Source: an uncultured Planctomycetaceae bacterium
GTDB taxonomy: Bacteria; Planctomycetota; Planctomycetia; Planctomycetales; Planctomycetaceae
Length of the DNA stretch: 64,000 nt
Direction of reading: 5' to 3'
NCBI GenBank assembly: GCA_963813715.1
Contig: CAWFAK010000017.1
Location: 416,001-480,000 of the forward strand
The notes under the pieces are model-generated. The model did not search any database. It worked only from the letters and a program-made list of their open reading frames with translations, and had not been told where the DNA came from. Below are positions 42,627 to 52,238 of the stretch, piece by piece. Position 1 is the stretch's first letter, and each line of letters begins with the position of its first letter. The translations under genes and the position numbers were made by a program.

Positions 42627-43257
42627 ATGCCTGAGCCCACGCCCCTGCCCCAAGGAATGGATCGGATCGAGGAGCTGGTCGCGCGGATCGAAGGGGCCGC
42701 CGATCCGAGTTTACGAGACGACGCGCTGGCGTTAGTCCAACTACTGCTGGATCTGCATCGCCAAGGCTTGGCGCGGATTATCGAGATCGCCGGCCATCCC
42801 GACACCTCGCGTCTAAACGGGGGGTCGTCGAATGGAAAAGCGGCGAACGGCGCCGCGTTAAATGGCACGGCGGCGAACGGCGCCGCGTCGAATGGAATGG
42901 GCGAACTCATTCACCGCCTGGCGGCCGACGAGCGGGTGGCTCCGCTCTTGATGCTGCACGATTTGCATCCTGTCGACTTGCCGACCCGCGTGGAGCAGGC
43001 GCTCGAAAAGGTGCGACCCCTGCTCCGTTCGCACGGTGGCGACGTCGAACTGGTCGATCTCAGCGACGGAGTCGTCAAACTCAAGCTCGATGGCAGCTGT
43101 CACGGTTGTCCGTCGTCGTCGATCACGCTGCGGAATGCCATCGAAGAGGCGATCTTCGAGTTCGCTCCCGACATCGAGCGCCTGGAAGTGGCGGGCGTCG
43201 TCGATCCGCCGCCCGACTTCCGGATTCGTCCCTTTGGAGGCCATTCGCGTCCGATAG
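42627..43257 (+). CDS. NifU-domain protein (HhyE-like), frameshift near 43212
   Basis: LLMLHDLHP, SHGGDVEL, GSCHGCPSS. Confidence 0.85.
42816..42896 (+). repeat. Intragenic 15-bp tandem repeat, 5.4 units
   Basis: Encodes NGGSS-NGKAA-NGAAL-NGTAA-NGAAS-NG. Confidence 0.8.
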
Positions 43258-43296
43258 CACGCTTCTGCTGCCTACATTTGCGTCGTCTGGAACCCC

Positions 43297-43989
43297 ATGT
43301 CCGCTGGCTTCTCTTCGCTGAAACAAACTCTGGGCCGCTTCCGCGAGGCGAACAAACCGCGCGAGCCGGTCGAGCGTTGTGAGCTGTGCGGACTGCCGCT
43401 GGCGACCGAACACCGGCACCTGGTGGAGCTCGCCACTCAGCGGCTGATCTGCTCGTGCGAAGCGTGCGGACTGCTCTTTTCTGGCCAGGCGACGAAATAT
43501 CGCCGCGTGCCGCTGCGGTTCTTGCTGCTGCAGGATTTAGTCTTGAGCGACGCGCAGTGGGACAGCCTGTTGATCCCGATCAATATGGCCTTCTTCTTCC
43601 ACAACACGCCGCGCTCGCGGGCGGTGGCGATCTACCCGAGCCCGGCCGGTCCGATGGAGTCGCTGCTGGACTTGTCGTCGTGGAGCGAGCTGGTCGCGGC
43701 CAACCCCGCTCTCCGCACGATGGAACCAGATGTGGAGGCGCTGCTCGTCGATCGGATCAGCCGCAACACGCAGCAGGCCGGCGGCCACGAGCGGACTGGC
43801 GCCGAGGGGCCGCGCTACTTTTTGGTGCCGATCGACGCCTGCTACAAGCTCGTCGGCCTGATCCGCGCGCATTGGCGCGGCCTCTCCGGCGGACAAGAGG
43901 TCTGGCGCGAGATCGAGAAGTTTTTCACGGAGCTCCAAAGCAAATCCCAGGTCATCGACGATCAGTCGCGACGCTTCCCCAACGTTTGA
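43297..43989 (+). CDS. hhaA: Group 1h hydrogenase-associated protein (DUF5947-like)
   Basis: ERCELC, HRHL, CSCEAC, YPSPAG, VPIDACY. Confidence 0.82.
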   Translation: MSAGFSSLKQTLGRFREANKPREPVERCELCGLPLATEHRHLVELATQRLICSCEACGLLFSGQATKYRRVPLRFLLLQDLVLSDAQWDSLLIPINMAFFFHNTPRSRAVAIYPSPAGPMESLLDLSSWSELVAANPALRTMEPDVEALLVDRISRNTQQAGGHERTGAEGPRYFLVPIDACYKLVGLIRAHWRGLSGGQEVWREIEKFFTELQSKSQVIDDQSRRFPNV

Positions 43990-44033
43990 TGTTTTGCGAC
44001 GCGTTAATGCGTCTCGGTTGAAATGAGCCCAAC

Positions 44034-44717
44034 ATGCCCGACCTGAGTTTCACTATCGCTGCGGCCGAACCGATTAGGTTTGCCGCGGTTCCCACGCTGG
44101 GCTTCCGGCTGGAGGTGGCGCAACCGGCGGGCGGGCAGCCGGTCGAAAACATCCTGCTGCAGGCGCAGATTCAGATCGATACGACGCGGCGCCGCTACAG
44201 CCCCGAGGAACAGGCCGGCCTCCGCGATCTATTCGGCGACATTTCCAATTGGAGCCGCACGCTGCGGACGATGCACTGGACGCACGCAAACGTGTTGGTG
44301 CCGGCGTTCGAGGAACGCATTGCCGTCGATCTCGCTGTCCCTTGCACCTTCGACTTCAACGTGGCGGCCACGAAGTATTTTCACGCGCTCGACGACGGCG
44401 AAGTGCCGCTCACGTTTCTATTCAGCGGCACGGTCTTTTATCGCGATGAAAACGGTGGCCTGCAGATGACGCGGGTCCCCTGGACTAAAGAAGCCCAATA
44501 TCGGCTCACCGCGAGCACCTGGCGGTCGATGATGGACGCCTATTACCCCAACACGGCCTGGCTCTGCCTGCAGCGGGAGACCTTTGAAAAACTCGCCGCG
44601 TGCAAACGCAGCCGCGGTATCCCGACTTGGGAACGCCTCATCGAGGAACTGCTGGCGGCCGATCCCGACGCGGCCCCTGTCATCTCAGCCGCAGGCAACG
44701 GGCACGATCACGCATGA
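44034..44717 (+). CDS. hhaB: Group 1h hydrogenase-associated protein (DUF6084-like)
   Basis: DLFG, PCTFDFNVAATKYF, LFSGTVF, YYPN. Confidence 0.82.
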   Translation: MPDLSFTIAAAEPIRFAAVPTLGFRLEVAQPAGGQPVENILLQAQIQIDTTRRRYSPEEQAGLRDLFGDISNWSRTLRTMHWTHANVLVPAFEERIAVDLAVPCTFDFNVAATKYFHALDDGEVPLTFLFSGTVFYRDENGGLQMTRVPWTKEAQYRLTASTWRSMMDAYYPNTAWLCLQRETFEKLAACKRSRGIPTWERLIEELLAADPDAAPVISAAGNGHDHA

Positions 44718-45762
44718 ATCTCGAACTGGCCAAAAAGATCGCCGACGCCGTCCTCTACGAGGGGTACATCCTCTATCCGTACCGCGCGTCGGCCATCAAG
44801 AACCGCCAGCGGTTCAATTTCGGCGTCCTGATGCCCGGCGAATGGGCCGAGCGTCAGCAAGCGGGCGAGACGGGCCGCACGCACGCGGAATGCCTGATCG
44901 AGGGGGATGCTGCCGCGGATCGACGTGCGCGTTCGTTTTCTGCAACTCGTCGCGCGGGAAGTTGGCCGGATTCGTCCCGGCACTGCCCGGCACGGAGCTG
45001 GAAACACCCCAATACGAAATCGTGCCCGAACTCGAAATTGACGGGGAGATCTTGCAGAGCTGGGAAGAAGCCATCGATCGCGAGATCGTGGCGCCGGATC
45101 TCAATCTCTCGCGGCTTGCCGAGGCGCCCTTCACTGTCCGTTGGGAAAGCGAAACCCAGCAATCGAGCGAGACGCTGCGAAATGCGGACGGGCAGATCGT
45201 CGGCGCCATCGTCCGCCGTCACCAGCCGATCCAGGCTGTCGTCACGATTCACTCGGAGCGGCTCGGCGACCACCTGTGGAAGCTAAAGGTCGACGTCGAA
45301 AACGTGACCCGGCTAGCGACCGACGTGCCACGGTTCGAGGCCCAACTGAGTGCGCTGGCGTCGGCCCATGTGCTGCTCGCGGCACAAACGGGGCAGTTCG
45401 TTTCGCTGCTCGAGCCGCCGGACGAACTGGCTGAGGCGGTCGCCGGCTGCCAGAACCGTGGCCTCTGGCCGGTGCTCGTGGGGAGCCACGGCAATCGCGA
45501 TCTGATGCTCGCGTCGCCAATTATTCTGTACGACTATCCGCAGGTGGCGCCCGAGAGCGACGGCGACTATTTCGACGGCACCGAAATGGACGAAATGCTC
45601 GCCCTCCGCGTGATGACGCTGACCGACGACGAAAAGCGGGCGATGCGCGGCGTCGATCGGCGGGCCCGCGAAATTCTCGAACGGACCGAGGCCCTCTCGC
45701 AAGCAAGCCTGATGCATCTGCACGGCACGATTCGCGATTTGAAGGAGGTCGCCAAGCCCTGA
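44714..45762 (+). CDS. hhaC: Group 1h hydrogenase-associated protein, frameshift near 44910
   Basis: ADAVLYEGYILYPYRASA, SPIILYDYPQVAPES, DGTEMDEMLALRVMTLTD. Confidence 0.82.
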
Positions 45763-46138
45763 TGCAAGAAATCGATTTCGACAACCTGGAGGGGGGGTCG
45801 CAGCGGCAGGAGAGCGTCCGCGTGTTCGGTGTCGAGCTGCGCCGGGCGACCAGGTTCGCCTCTGGCCCAAGGCCGGTGCCGACATCATGGATCTGGCGCT
45901 CGCGGGCAAGATTGCCACGATCGAAGCCATCGAGACCGACTATGAAGGGCGGACGCATTTGGCCGTCGTCATCGACGATGATCCCGGTCGCGACCTAGGA
46001 ATGCTGCGGCAGCCGGGGCACCGCTTTTTCTTTTCGCTGGCCGAAGTCGAGCCGATGAAACTGCCGGACAACCAGCCGGCGGACAATCAACCGGCGGCCG
46101 ACGCGGGCGATGGGCCGGCACCGAAAGCGACCACCTGA
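45762..46138 (+). CDS. Hydrogenase-associated small protein, frameshift near 45845
   Basis: GDQVRLWP..ADIMDLALAGK..DDDPGRDLG..RFFF. Confidence 0.72.
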
Positions 46139-46154
46139 CGGAAGCGACCACGCG

Positions 46155-46754
46155 ATGGACGCAAGTATGCGAGTGCTGATCGCCGGAATCGGGAATATCT
46201 TCCTAGGGGATGATGCATTCGGCAGCGAGGTGGCCCGTCGACTGCAAGCATGCCCCTGGCCGGCCGGCGTCCGCGTCGTCGATTTTGGGATTCGGGGATT
46301 CGATTTGGCTTACGCCCTGTGCGACGGCAACGATCTGACCGTGCTGATCGACGCGACACCGCGCGGCGGGGCGCCGGGCACGATTTATGTCATCGAGCCG
46401 GACCTCTCTGAGCTGTCGGACGATTCCCGTTCAGCGGCCCTGGTCGATGCCCATTCGCTCGATCCAATGCAGGTGCTGCGGATGGCCCACGCGCAAGGCG
46501 GAACCCTCAAAGGGATTGTGCTCGTGGGCTGCGAACCGGCCGACCTGGGTGGTGACGAGGGCCGGCTGGGCCTCAGCGAACTGGTCGCCGCCGCCCTCGA
46601 TGAGGCGTTGGATGTGGTGACTTCGTTGGTACGTAATTTCCTGGATCAGGGAACGATCGGGGGTGAGTCATCATCGGACTCTGCGACCGTCGAGCCGACG
46701 CGCGCGATAGAATCATCCAAAGTAGAGTCAGCCCAACAAGAGGCGCATCACTAA
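46155..46754 (+). CDS. Hydrogenase maturation protease (HupD/HybD family)
   Basis: GIGNIFLGDDAFG, DFGIRG, DAHS. Confidence 0.92.
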   Translation: MDASMRVLIAGIGNIFLGDDAFGSEVARRLQACPWPAGVRVVDFGIRGFDLAYALCDGNDLTVLIDATPRGGAPGTIYVIEPDLSELSDDSRSAALVDAHSLDPMQVLRMAHAQGGTLKGIVLVGCEPADLGGDEGRLGLSELVAAALDEALDVVTSLVRNFLDQGTIGGESSSDSATVEPTRAIESSKVESAQQEAHH

Positions 46755-46766
46755 AGGAGTGCAGTC

Positions 46767-47027
46767 ATGGCGTGGAATCAAGAGTCACGCGGTCATGAAA
46801 TGATTTGTCTGGCCTCGGGCATCGCAATTGGAGTGCTCGGTGCCAGCCTGGTGCTGGGAGACAATGGAACGCGCCGCCGGCTGACGAATGCCCTGGGCGT
46901 GGAGCAGCCCCGGCAGAGCGGTTTTCTCTGGCCGTGGGGAGCGCTCATCGCAGGCGGGGCCGTGGCCGTGGGAGTCGCCAGCATGGCGCCGGAAATCGCG
47001 CGGTACGTGAAGATCGAGATGATGTAA
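46767..47027 (+). CDS. Small membrane protein of hydrogenase cluster
   Basis: AAGGAG RBS; two hydrophobic segments; ends PEIARYVKIEMM. Confidence 0.7.
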   Translation: MAWNQESRGHEMICLASGIAIGVLGASLVLGDNGTRRRLTNALGVEQPRQSGFLWPWGALIAGGAVAVGVASMAPEIARYVKIEMM

Positions 47028-47107
47028 GAGGTGCCGGCCGGCGAGTGATGCTGCGGCTAGCTCCTGCGTGGCGTAGCAACGTAAAGAAATACCTGAAATG
47101 AGCTGAC

Positions 47108-47473
47108 GTGCACGAGCTGTCGATCGCCTGCAGTATCATCGACCTGGCGGCGGAGGAGAGCCAACAGCGGGGCGGTGTCGCGGTGCGTGCCGTCCACGTC
47201 CGCCTGGGCCAGCTGTCGGGTGTGGTCAAGTCGGCGCTGCTCTCGGCCTTCGAGCTGGCACAGGAAGATTCGCCCCTGGCTGCGGCGCGGCTGCTGATCG
47301 AAGAGTCGCCGATCGTGATCCATTGTGCGGCCTGCGACGCGGACACGACGCTCGACTGGCCTCGCGAGTTCGAATCGGTCCCCTCGTTTGCCTGCGCTCA
47401 GTGCGGCGTCCCGACGTCCGACATCCGCAGTGGTCGCGAGCTGGAAGTGACCGCGCTGGAGATCGACGCATGA
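47108..47473 (+). CDS. hypA: Nickel chaperone HypA
   Basis: MHELS, two CxxC, GREL. Confidence 0.95.
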   Translation: MHELSIACSIIDLAAEESQQRGGVAVRAVHVRLGQLSGVVKSALLSAFELAQEDSPLAAARLLIEESPIVIHCAACDADTTLDWPREFESVPSFACAQCGVPTSDIRSGRELEVTALEIDA

Positions 47474-48192
47474 GCGCGCACACCCGCATCGTGGAGATTC
47501 GCACCAAGATCCTGAAGCAGAACGACGTCGCCGCCCGGGCCCTGCGTGAGCGGTTCGAGTCGGCCGGCGTGTTCACCGTCAGCTTTGTGTCGAGCCCCGG
47601 CTCAGGCAAAACAATGCTGCTTGAAAAGACGCTGGTGGCGCTCCGCGAACAGTACCGCGTGGCGGCGCTCGTCGGCGACCTGGCGACCGACAACGACGCC
47701 CGCCGCCTGGCACGGTCGGAAGTTCCCGTGCGACAGATCACGACGGGCACCGTCTGCCATCTCGAGGCCGAAATGGTGCGGACGGCCCTCGACGATTGGT
47801 CGCTCGAGGAGCTGGACTTTCTGTTCATCGAGAACGTCGGCAACCTGGTCTGCCCGGCGAGCTACGACTTGGGCGAGGCGATGCGGGTTGTCGTCTTTTC
47901 CGTGACCGAGGGGGAAGACAAGCCGCTCAAATACCCGACGATTTTCAACACTGCCGACGTCGCCGTTATCACGAAGGCCGACCTGGCGGCCGCGGTCGAC
48001 TTCGACGCTGCGGAGGCCCTCAAGAACATTGAGGCCGTGCGCCCCGGGATGCAGGTGCTGACCGTTTCGGCCAAGCGCGGCGAAGGCATGAGCGAATGGC
48101 TCCGCTTGCTGTCGGATCGTCGCCGGGAGGCGAGGCCGGCGCCGGACAAGCTGGCAGCTTGTCCTACGGAGGCGGAGCTGCGCAGCCCGTAG
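47470..48192 (+). CDS. hypB: Nickel incorporation GTPase HypB
   Basis: SSPGSGKT, CHL, ENVGNLVCPA, EGEDKPLKYP. Confidence 0.96.
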   Translation: MSAHTRIVEIRTKILKQNDVAARALRERFESAGVFTVSFVSSPGSGKTMLLEKTLVALREQYRVAALVGDLATDNDARRLARSEVPVRQITTGTVCHLEAEMVRTALDDWSLEELDFLFIENVGNLVCPASYDLGEAMRVVVFSVTEGEDKPLKYPTIFNTADVAVITKADLAAAVDFDAAEALKNIEAVRPGMQVLTVSAKRGEGMSEWLRLLSDRRREARPAPDKLAACPTEAELRSP

Positions 48193-48210
48193 GGCAAGCT
48201 GATAGCTGGT
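48144..48210. repeat. REP-like pair (family A) at hypB 3' end
   Basis: Minus GTAGGACAAGCTGCCAGCTTGTCC 48144-48167; degenerate plus copy from 48189. Confidence 0.75.
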
Positions 48211-48276
48211 GATGCTTCTCCGGTGACGAGGTCACGGGACTGAATCCCTGGATCCTGAGCGGAGCCGCGATTCGGT

Positions 48277-48720
48277 TCAGGCCGATTCGCCTGCGGGCGC
48301 CAGCGTGCAGGCGAACTCCAGCGAACAGCAGGTTTGGCCGTCGACTTCGGCGCGGCCGCGGAGGAACCAGGCCTTCGCGATCTTTTCCGTCAGTTCGACG
48401 TGGATATCGAGCGTGTCACCGGGCCGGACCATGCGGCGGAACTTGACGTTGTTGAGCCGGCCGACGACGGGCACATGATCCGCGGGCCCTGCGTCGAGCG
48501 TGGCGATCAAGAGCGCGCCGGCTTGCATGGTCGCTTCGCAGACGAGCACTCCGGGCAGCACGGGAAACCCGGGGTAGTGCCCGCTGAATACGTCGAGCCC
48601 GGGATCGAGAAACTTGCGGGCGTGGATGCTGGTCGGCGAGTTGTCCACGACCTCATCAATCCACAAGAAGGGCGGCCGATGGGGAATGAGCCGCTCGATT
48701 TCCTGGCGATTCATGCCCAT
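48277..48720 (-). CDS. FabZ-family 3-hydroxyacyl-ACP dehydratase
   Basis: IPHRPPFL, GHYPG.PVLPGV..E, VKFRRMVRPGD. Confidence 0.9.
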   Translation of the reverse strand: MGMNRQEIERLIPHRPPFLWIDEVVDNSPTSIHARKFLDPGLDVFSGHYPGFPVLPGVLVCEATMQAGALLIATLDAGPADHVPVVGRLNNVKFRRMVRPGDTLDIHVELTEKIAKAWFLRGRAEVDGQTCCSLEFACTLAPAGESA

Positions 48721-48730
48721 GGCGCGGCTC

Positions 48731-50158
48731 TTACACGCTCGCGACGGCGGGCGTGAGATACTTGTCGACTTCGTTGGCGACGATCACGCCGTAGTTCATC
48801 GCCCCCAGCCAGCCCGACATGATGATTCCCACCGACCCCGAATGGAACAGTCCGGCGACCTGCTCGGGGAGCTGCTTGCTCACCTTGAGGCCCTCGAACT
48901 TGGTGCCGAACGAGGCCCCCTGCTGATGCCGCGTGTAATGTTCGAACGTTCGCGGCGTCGAGGCTTCCATGTGGTCGATCTTCTCGCGGATGCCCGGCAC
49001 ATAGCGCTCGAGGCAGTCGAGCGTCGTCTGCTCCAGGTCGTGCTTCGACGCGGCGTATTCTTCTTCAGAGAGCGAGGCCCAGTCGGAGTAATTTGCGTTG
49101 GTCGACGAGACGACCACAAAACGATCGCTGCCGGGCCGCGTGTTCGGGTAATAAAACGAGAACGTCCGGCTGCTGACGTGGCGGCTGAGCATGGCGTTGA
49201 TGTCGAAGCCGCGATGTTCCGAGTGGAACAAGAGATCGCCGCAGGGCTCGAAGCCGACGCCCGGCTTAAGCGCCATATAGACCTGGCAGCTGCTGTTGTT
49301 GAGTCGTACGGCCCGCGTTTCCTCGACGAAACTCGGGTCGAGGTGCTCTGGCCCGACCAGTTTGAGGATCGTGGTTTTGAGGTTGGCGTTGGAGACGATG
49401 GACCGCGCGCCAATGCGGCGGCCGTTGACGATCAAACCGGTCGCCCGCCGGCACGAATCGACCTCGATCTTCTCCACCAGGCAGCGGATCCGCACATCGA
49501 CGCCGTTTTTCACCAGCTCGTCGCGAATCTGGCCGATGAGGCGGTCGGTGCCCCCCTCGAATGTGTAGACGCCGTTCTGCATGAAGTTCGAGAAAACGAT
49601 GCCGTAAGTGATCGCCGGGTCTTCGAGGGTCGAGCCGTTGGCGTACGTGATGGGCTCCATCAGCAAGCGGACGACGTCGTCCCGGCCGGGGAAGAACTCG
49701 TCGAAGAGCTCGCGGACGGTTTTCGACTGGTCGTCGTAAAAGTTCATGCCGCGGGCCATGTCGAAGAATCGAGCGACGACCTCGGGAGCGATGCCGAATC
49801 GCTCGATCAACAGGCGAGTGAAGTCCTGCCGGTCGAAGGTCGTTTGCAGCGAGAACTGCGGGTTCTCGAAGCGCACGCCTTTGAGCTGGACGATCGAGTC
49901 GGCAATTTCGCGAGTCCAGTACTTGCGGCAGCTCTTGATCATGCCGTACGGAAAACCGTGCAGCGAGATATCGAAGATGTGCCCGTTTTGCCGCTTGAAC
50001 CAGGTGGCCATCCCGCCCAGCTGGTAGTGATGCTCGAGCAGGAGCACTGAGTGTCCCGCGCGGGCGAGCGTGTTGGCCGCGGTCAGCCCGGCCAGTCCGG
50101 CGCCGATGACGACGACGTCGTATTCGTCGCGGACGTCTTTCAGGAAGTCTTTAGACAT
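48731..50158 (-). CDS. Phytoene desaturase-like FAD oxidoreductase
   Basis: [25 protein letters not shown]. Confidence 0.85.
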   Translation of the reverse strand: MSKDFLKDVRDEYDVVVIGAGLAGLTAANTLARAGHSVLLLEHHYQLGGMATWFKRQNGHIFDISLHGFPYGMIKSCRKYWTREIADSIVQLKGVRFENPQFSLQTTFDRQDFTRLLIERFGIAPEVVARFFDMARGMNFYDDQSKTVRELFDEFFPGRDDVVRLLMEPITYANGSTLEDPAITYGIVFSNFMQNGVYTFEGGTDRLIGQIRDELVKNGVDVRIRCLVEKIEVDSCRRATGLIVNGRRIGARSIVSNANLKTTILKLVGPEHLDPSFVEETRAVRLNNSSCQVYMALKPGVGFEPCGDLLFHSEHRGFDINAMLSRHVSSRTFSFYYPNTRPGSDRFVVVSSTNANYSDWASLSEEEYAASKHDLEQTTLDCLERYVPGIREKIDHMEASTPRTFEHYTRHQQGASFGTKFEGLKVSKQLPEQVAGLFHSGSVGIIMSGWLGAMNYGVIVANEVDKYLTPAVASV

Positions 50159-51377
50159 GGAGCTTCGAATTCGCTTCTTCGAGGACTGCGGCGATTGCCT
50201 CGCACAGCGGGCGGACGTTGTCGGTCGTCATTCCGGCGACATTGATCCGACCGGAACCGACGATGTAAATGGCGTGGTCGTCGCGGAGCCGTCGCACTTG
50301 CTCGGAGTTGAGCCCGGAAAAGGAGAACATGCCGCGTTGCCGGGCGACGAACGAGAAATCTCGCTCGACGCCGACGTCGGCCAGCGTGCGGACGAACAGG
50401 CTGCGCATGCCGTTGATCCGCTCGCGGATGTCGCGGACTTCGGTGTCCCACAGGGCTCGCAGTTGGGGATCGTCGAGGATCGTGGTGACGATCGCCGCAC
50501 CGTGGGCCGGCGGATTCGAGTAGTTGGTGCGGATGCAGGCCTTCAACTGGCTGAGCACGGCCTGGGCCGCGGCCTCGGTGTGACAAAGGGCCGTCAGCGC
50601 CCCGACCCGTTCGCTATAGAGCCCGAAATTCTTGGAGAAGGAACTGGCCACGAGTAGGTCGCAACCGGCCCGCGTCAGGGCGGCGACACCGGTCGCGTCC
50701 TCCCGAATTCCGTCGGCCAGTCCCTGGTAGGCGAAGTCGACAAACGGCAACAGGCCCCGCAAGGCGACCAGCTCGGCAATCTGCCGCCATTGTTCGGCCG
50801 TCGGGTCGAGGCCGGTCGGGTTGTGGCAACACCCGTGCAGGAGGACGACGTCCCCCGCCGGAATCTCCGCGAGGGCGGCGATCATCTGCTCGAAGGCGAG
50901 CGTGTTGCCGGACGAGTCGAAGTAGGGATAGGTGGCGACCTTCAGGCCGGCCGCCTGAAACACGCCCGGGTGGTTGGGCCAGGTCGGCTCGCTCAGCCAG
51001 ACTTTCGTTTCGGGGTAGAGCTTTTTGAGGAAGTCGGCCGCCACGCGGAGGGCGCCGGTGCCGCCCGGCGTGTGGACGGTGGCTGTTCGCCGCGCCGCGA
51101 CCGCCGGATGGTTGGGGCCGAACAGGAGATCCTGCACGACGCGGCCGTATTGTTCGGTCCCCTCGATCCCGAGATAGGTTTTGGTTTTCTCGTTTTCGAG
51201 GATGCGGGATTCGGCCTGTTTGACGGTGCGCAGGATGGGCGTTTTGCCTGTAGCGTCCTTATAAATACCGGCGCTCAGGTTAATTTTTCCCGGACGTGAA
51301 TCGCGCGAGAAGGCTTCATTGAGGCCGAGAATGGCGTCGTCGGGCGCCTTGGCGACGGAATCGAAATCGAAAGTCAT
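50151..51377 (-). CDS. aspC: Aspartate/aromatic aminotransferase
   Basis: [35 protein letters not shown]. Confidence 0.92.
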   Translation of the reverse strand: MTFDFDSVAKAPDDAILGLNEAFSRDSRPGKINLSAGIYKDATGKTPILRTVKQAESRILENEKTKTYLGIEGTEQYGRVVQDLLFGPNHPAVAARRTATVHTPGGTGALRVAADFLKKLYPETKVWLSEPTWPNHPGVFQAAGLKVATYPYFDSSGNTLAFEQMIAALAEIPAGDVVLLHGCCHNPTGLDPTAEQWRQIAELVALRGLLPFVDFAYQGLADGIREDATGVAALTRAGCDLLVASSFSKNFGLYSERVGALTALCHTEAAAQAVLSQLKACIRTNYSNPPAHGAAIVTTILDDPQLRALWDTEVRDIRERINGMRSLFVRTLADVGVERDFSFVARQRGMFSFSGLNSEQVRRLRDDHAIYIVGSGRINVAGMTTDNVRPLCEAIAAVLEEANSKLHV

Positions 51378-51658
51378 GTGAATTCAAACTCACTTGCGGC
51401 CGCGCGGTGAACGGCGACGGCCGGATGACCTTGGCTGAGCTGCGGACGCTTGAACCCCGGACACTGCAAGATATAAGGACACGCCAGCCAAGAAAAGGAC
51501 TCGCCGGGCGCGGCGCCCGGTCCTCAAATTTCGGATTTCGCATGCCGAAAGTCCAGAGCGAACGGCGTGCGGGGGCTTTTTGCGCCGTCCGCAGAGCGCC
51601 CCGGAGCGACTTGCGACCAGCCTCGTTTGCCAAACCGCTTGCCGGGGAAGGATTTCGC

Positions 51659-51687
51659 TTGACCAGTTTTTTCGATCGCACTATAAG
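51659..51687 (+). promoter_or_regulatory. Sigma70-type promoter
   Basis: TTGACC-17bp-TATAAG. Confidence 0.6.
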
Positions 51688-51883
51688 TCCGCCCCTCGCT
51701 TGTGCCGCAACTCCCCTCTTTGATCCAGTCGCGACGCAAGCGCAGCAGGTTGCATCTCGGCGTCTTTGAACCAGGAGCTGCGACGAATCTCGAGCATGGG
51801 CTGTTTTGCTTTTTTTGGGGTGCCGATGTGAAACCAGCCCTGATTCGGTAGCGCCCGATCCGACAACCAAAGGAGATGGCGAA

Positions 51884-52021
51884 ATGGCAGCGAAAACGAA
51901 GTCGAAGAAGAGCTCGGCGAAGAAGCGCGTCGTGAAGAAGTCGACGAAGACTCGCACCGGAGCCCACAAGTCGCACAAGGCCAAGAGCGGCGCGAAGAAA
52001 GTCGCCCGCAGCCACAAGTAA
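51884..52021 (+). CDS. 45-aa Lys-rich histone-like protein
   Basis: AAAGGAG RBS; 15 K, 3 R, 3 H, no acidic residue; own promoter and terminator. Confidence 0.75.
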   Translation: MAAKTKSKKSSAKKRVVKKSTKTRTGAHKSHKAKSGAKKVARSHK

Positions 52022-52090
52022 GACCTTGCAGAGCGCGGATCGCGCGGGTTGCCTGTGTCGCGCCCGCCCCGACATCCGGCTCGATTTCTC

Positions 52091-52132
52091 AAAAAACAGG
52101 CCGAGCGAGTTCATCGCCCGGCCTGTTTTTTT
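52091..52132. terminator. Bidirectional intrinsic terminator
   Basis: AAAAAACAGGCCGAGCGA-loop-TCGCCCGGCCTGTTTTTTT. Confidence 0.85.
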
Positions 52133-52238
52133 CGCTTCTGCCGCTAGCCCCAGAGCCATTCTCTGAGGGAATGCCCCCAGCGTTCGACGCCGGGGCGCGC
52201 GCTGATTAAAATGCAGCCACTCGCTGAGGAGTGGAAGC

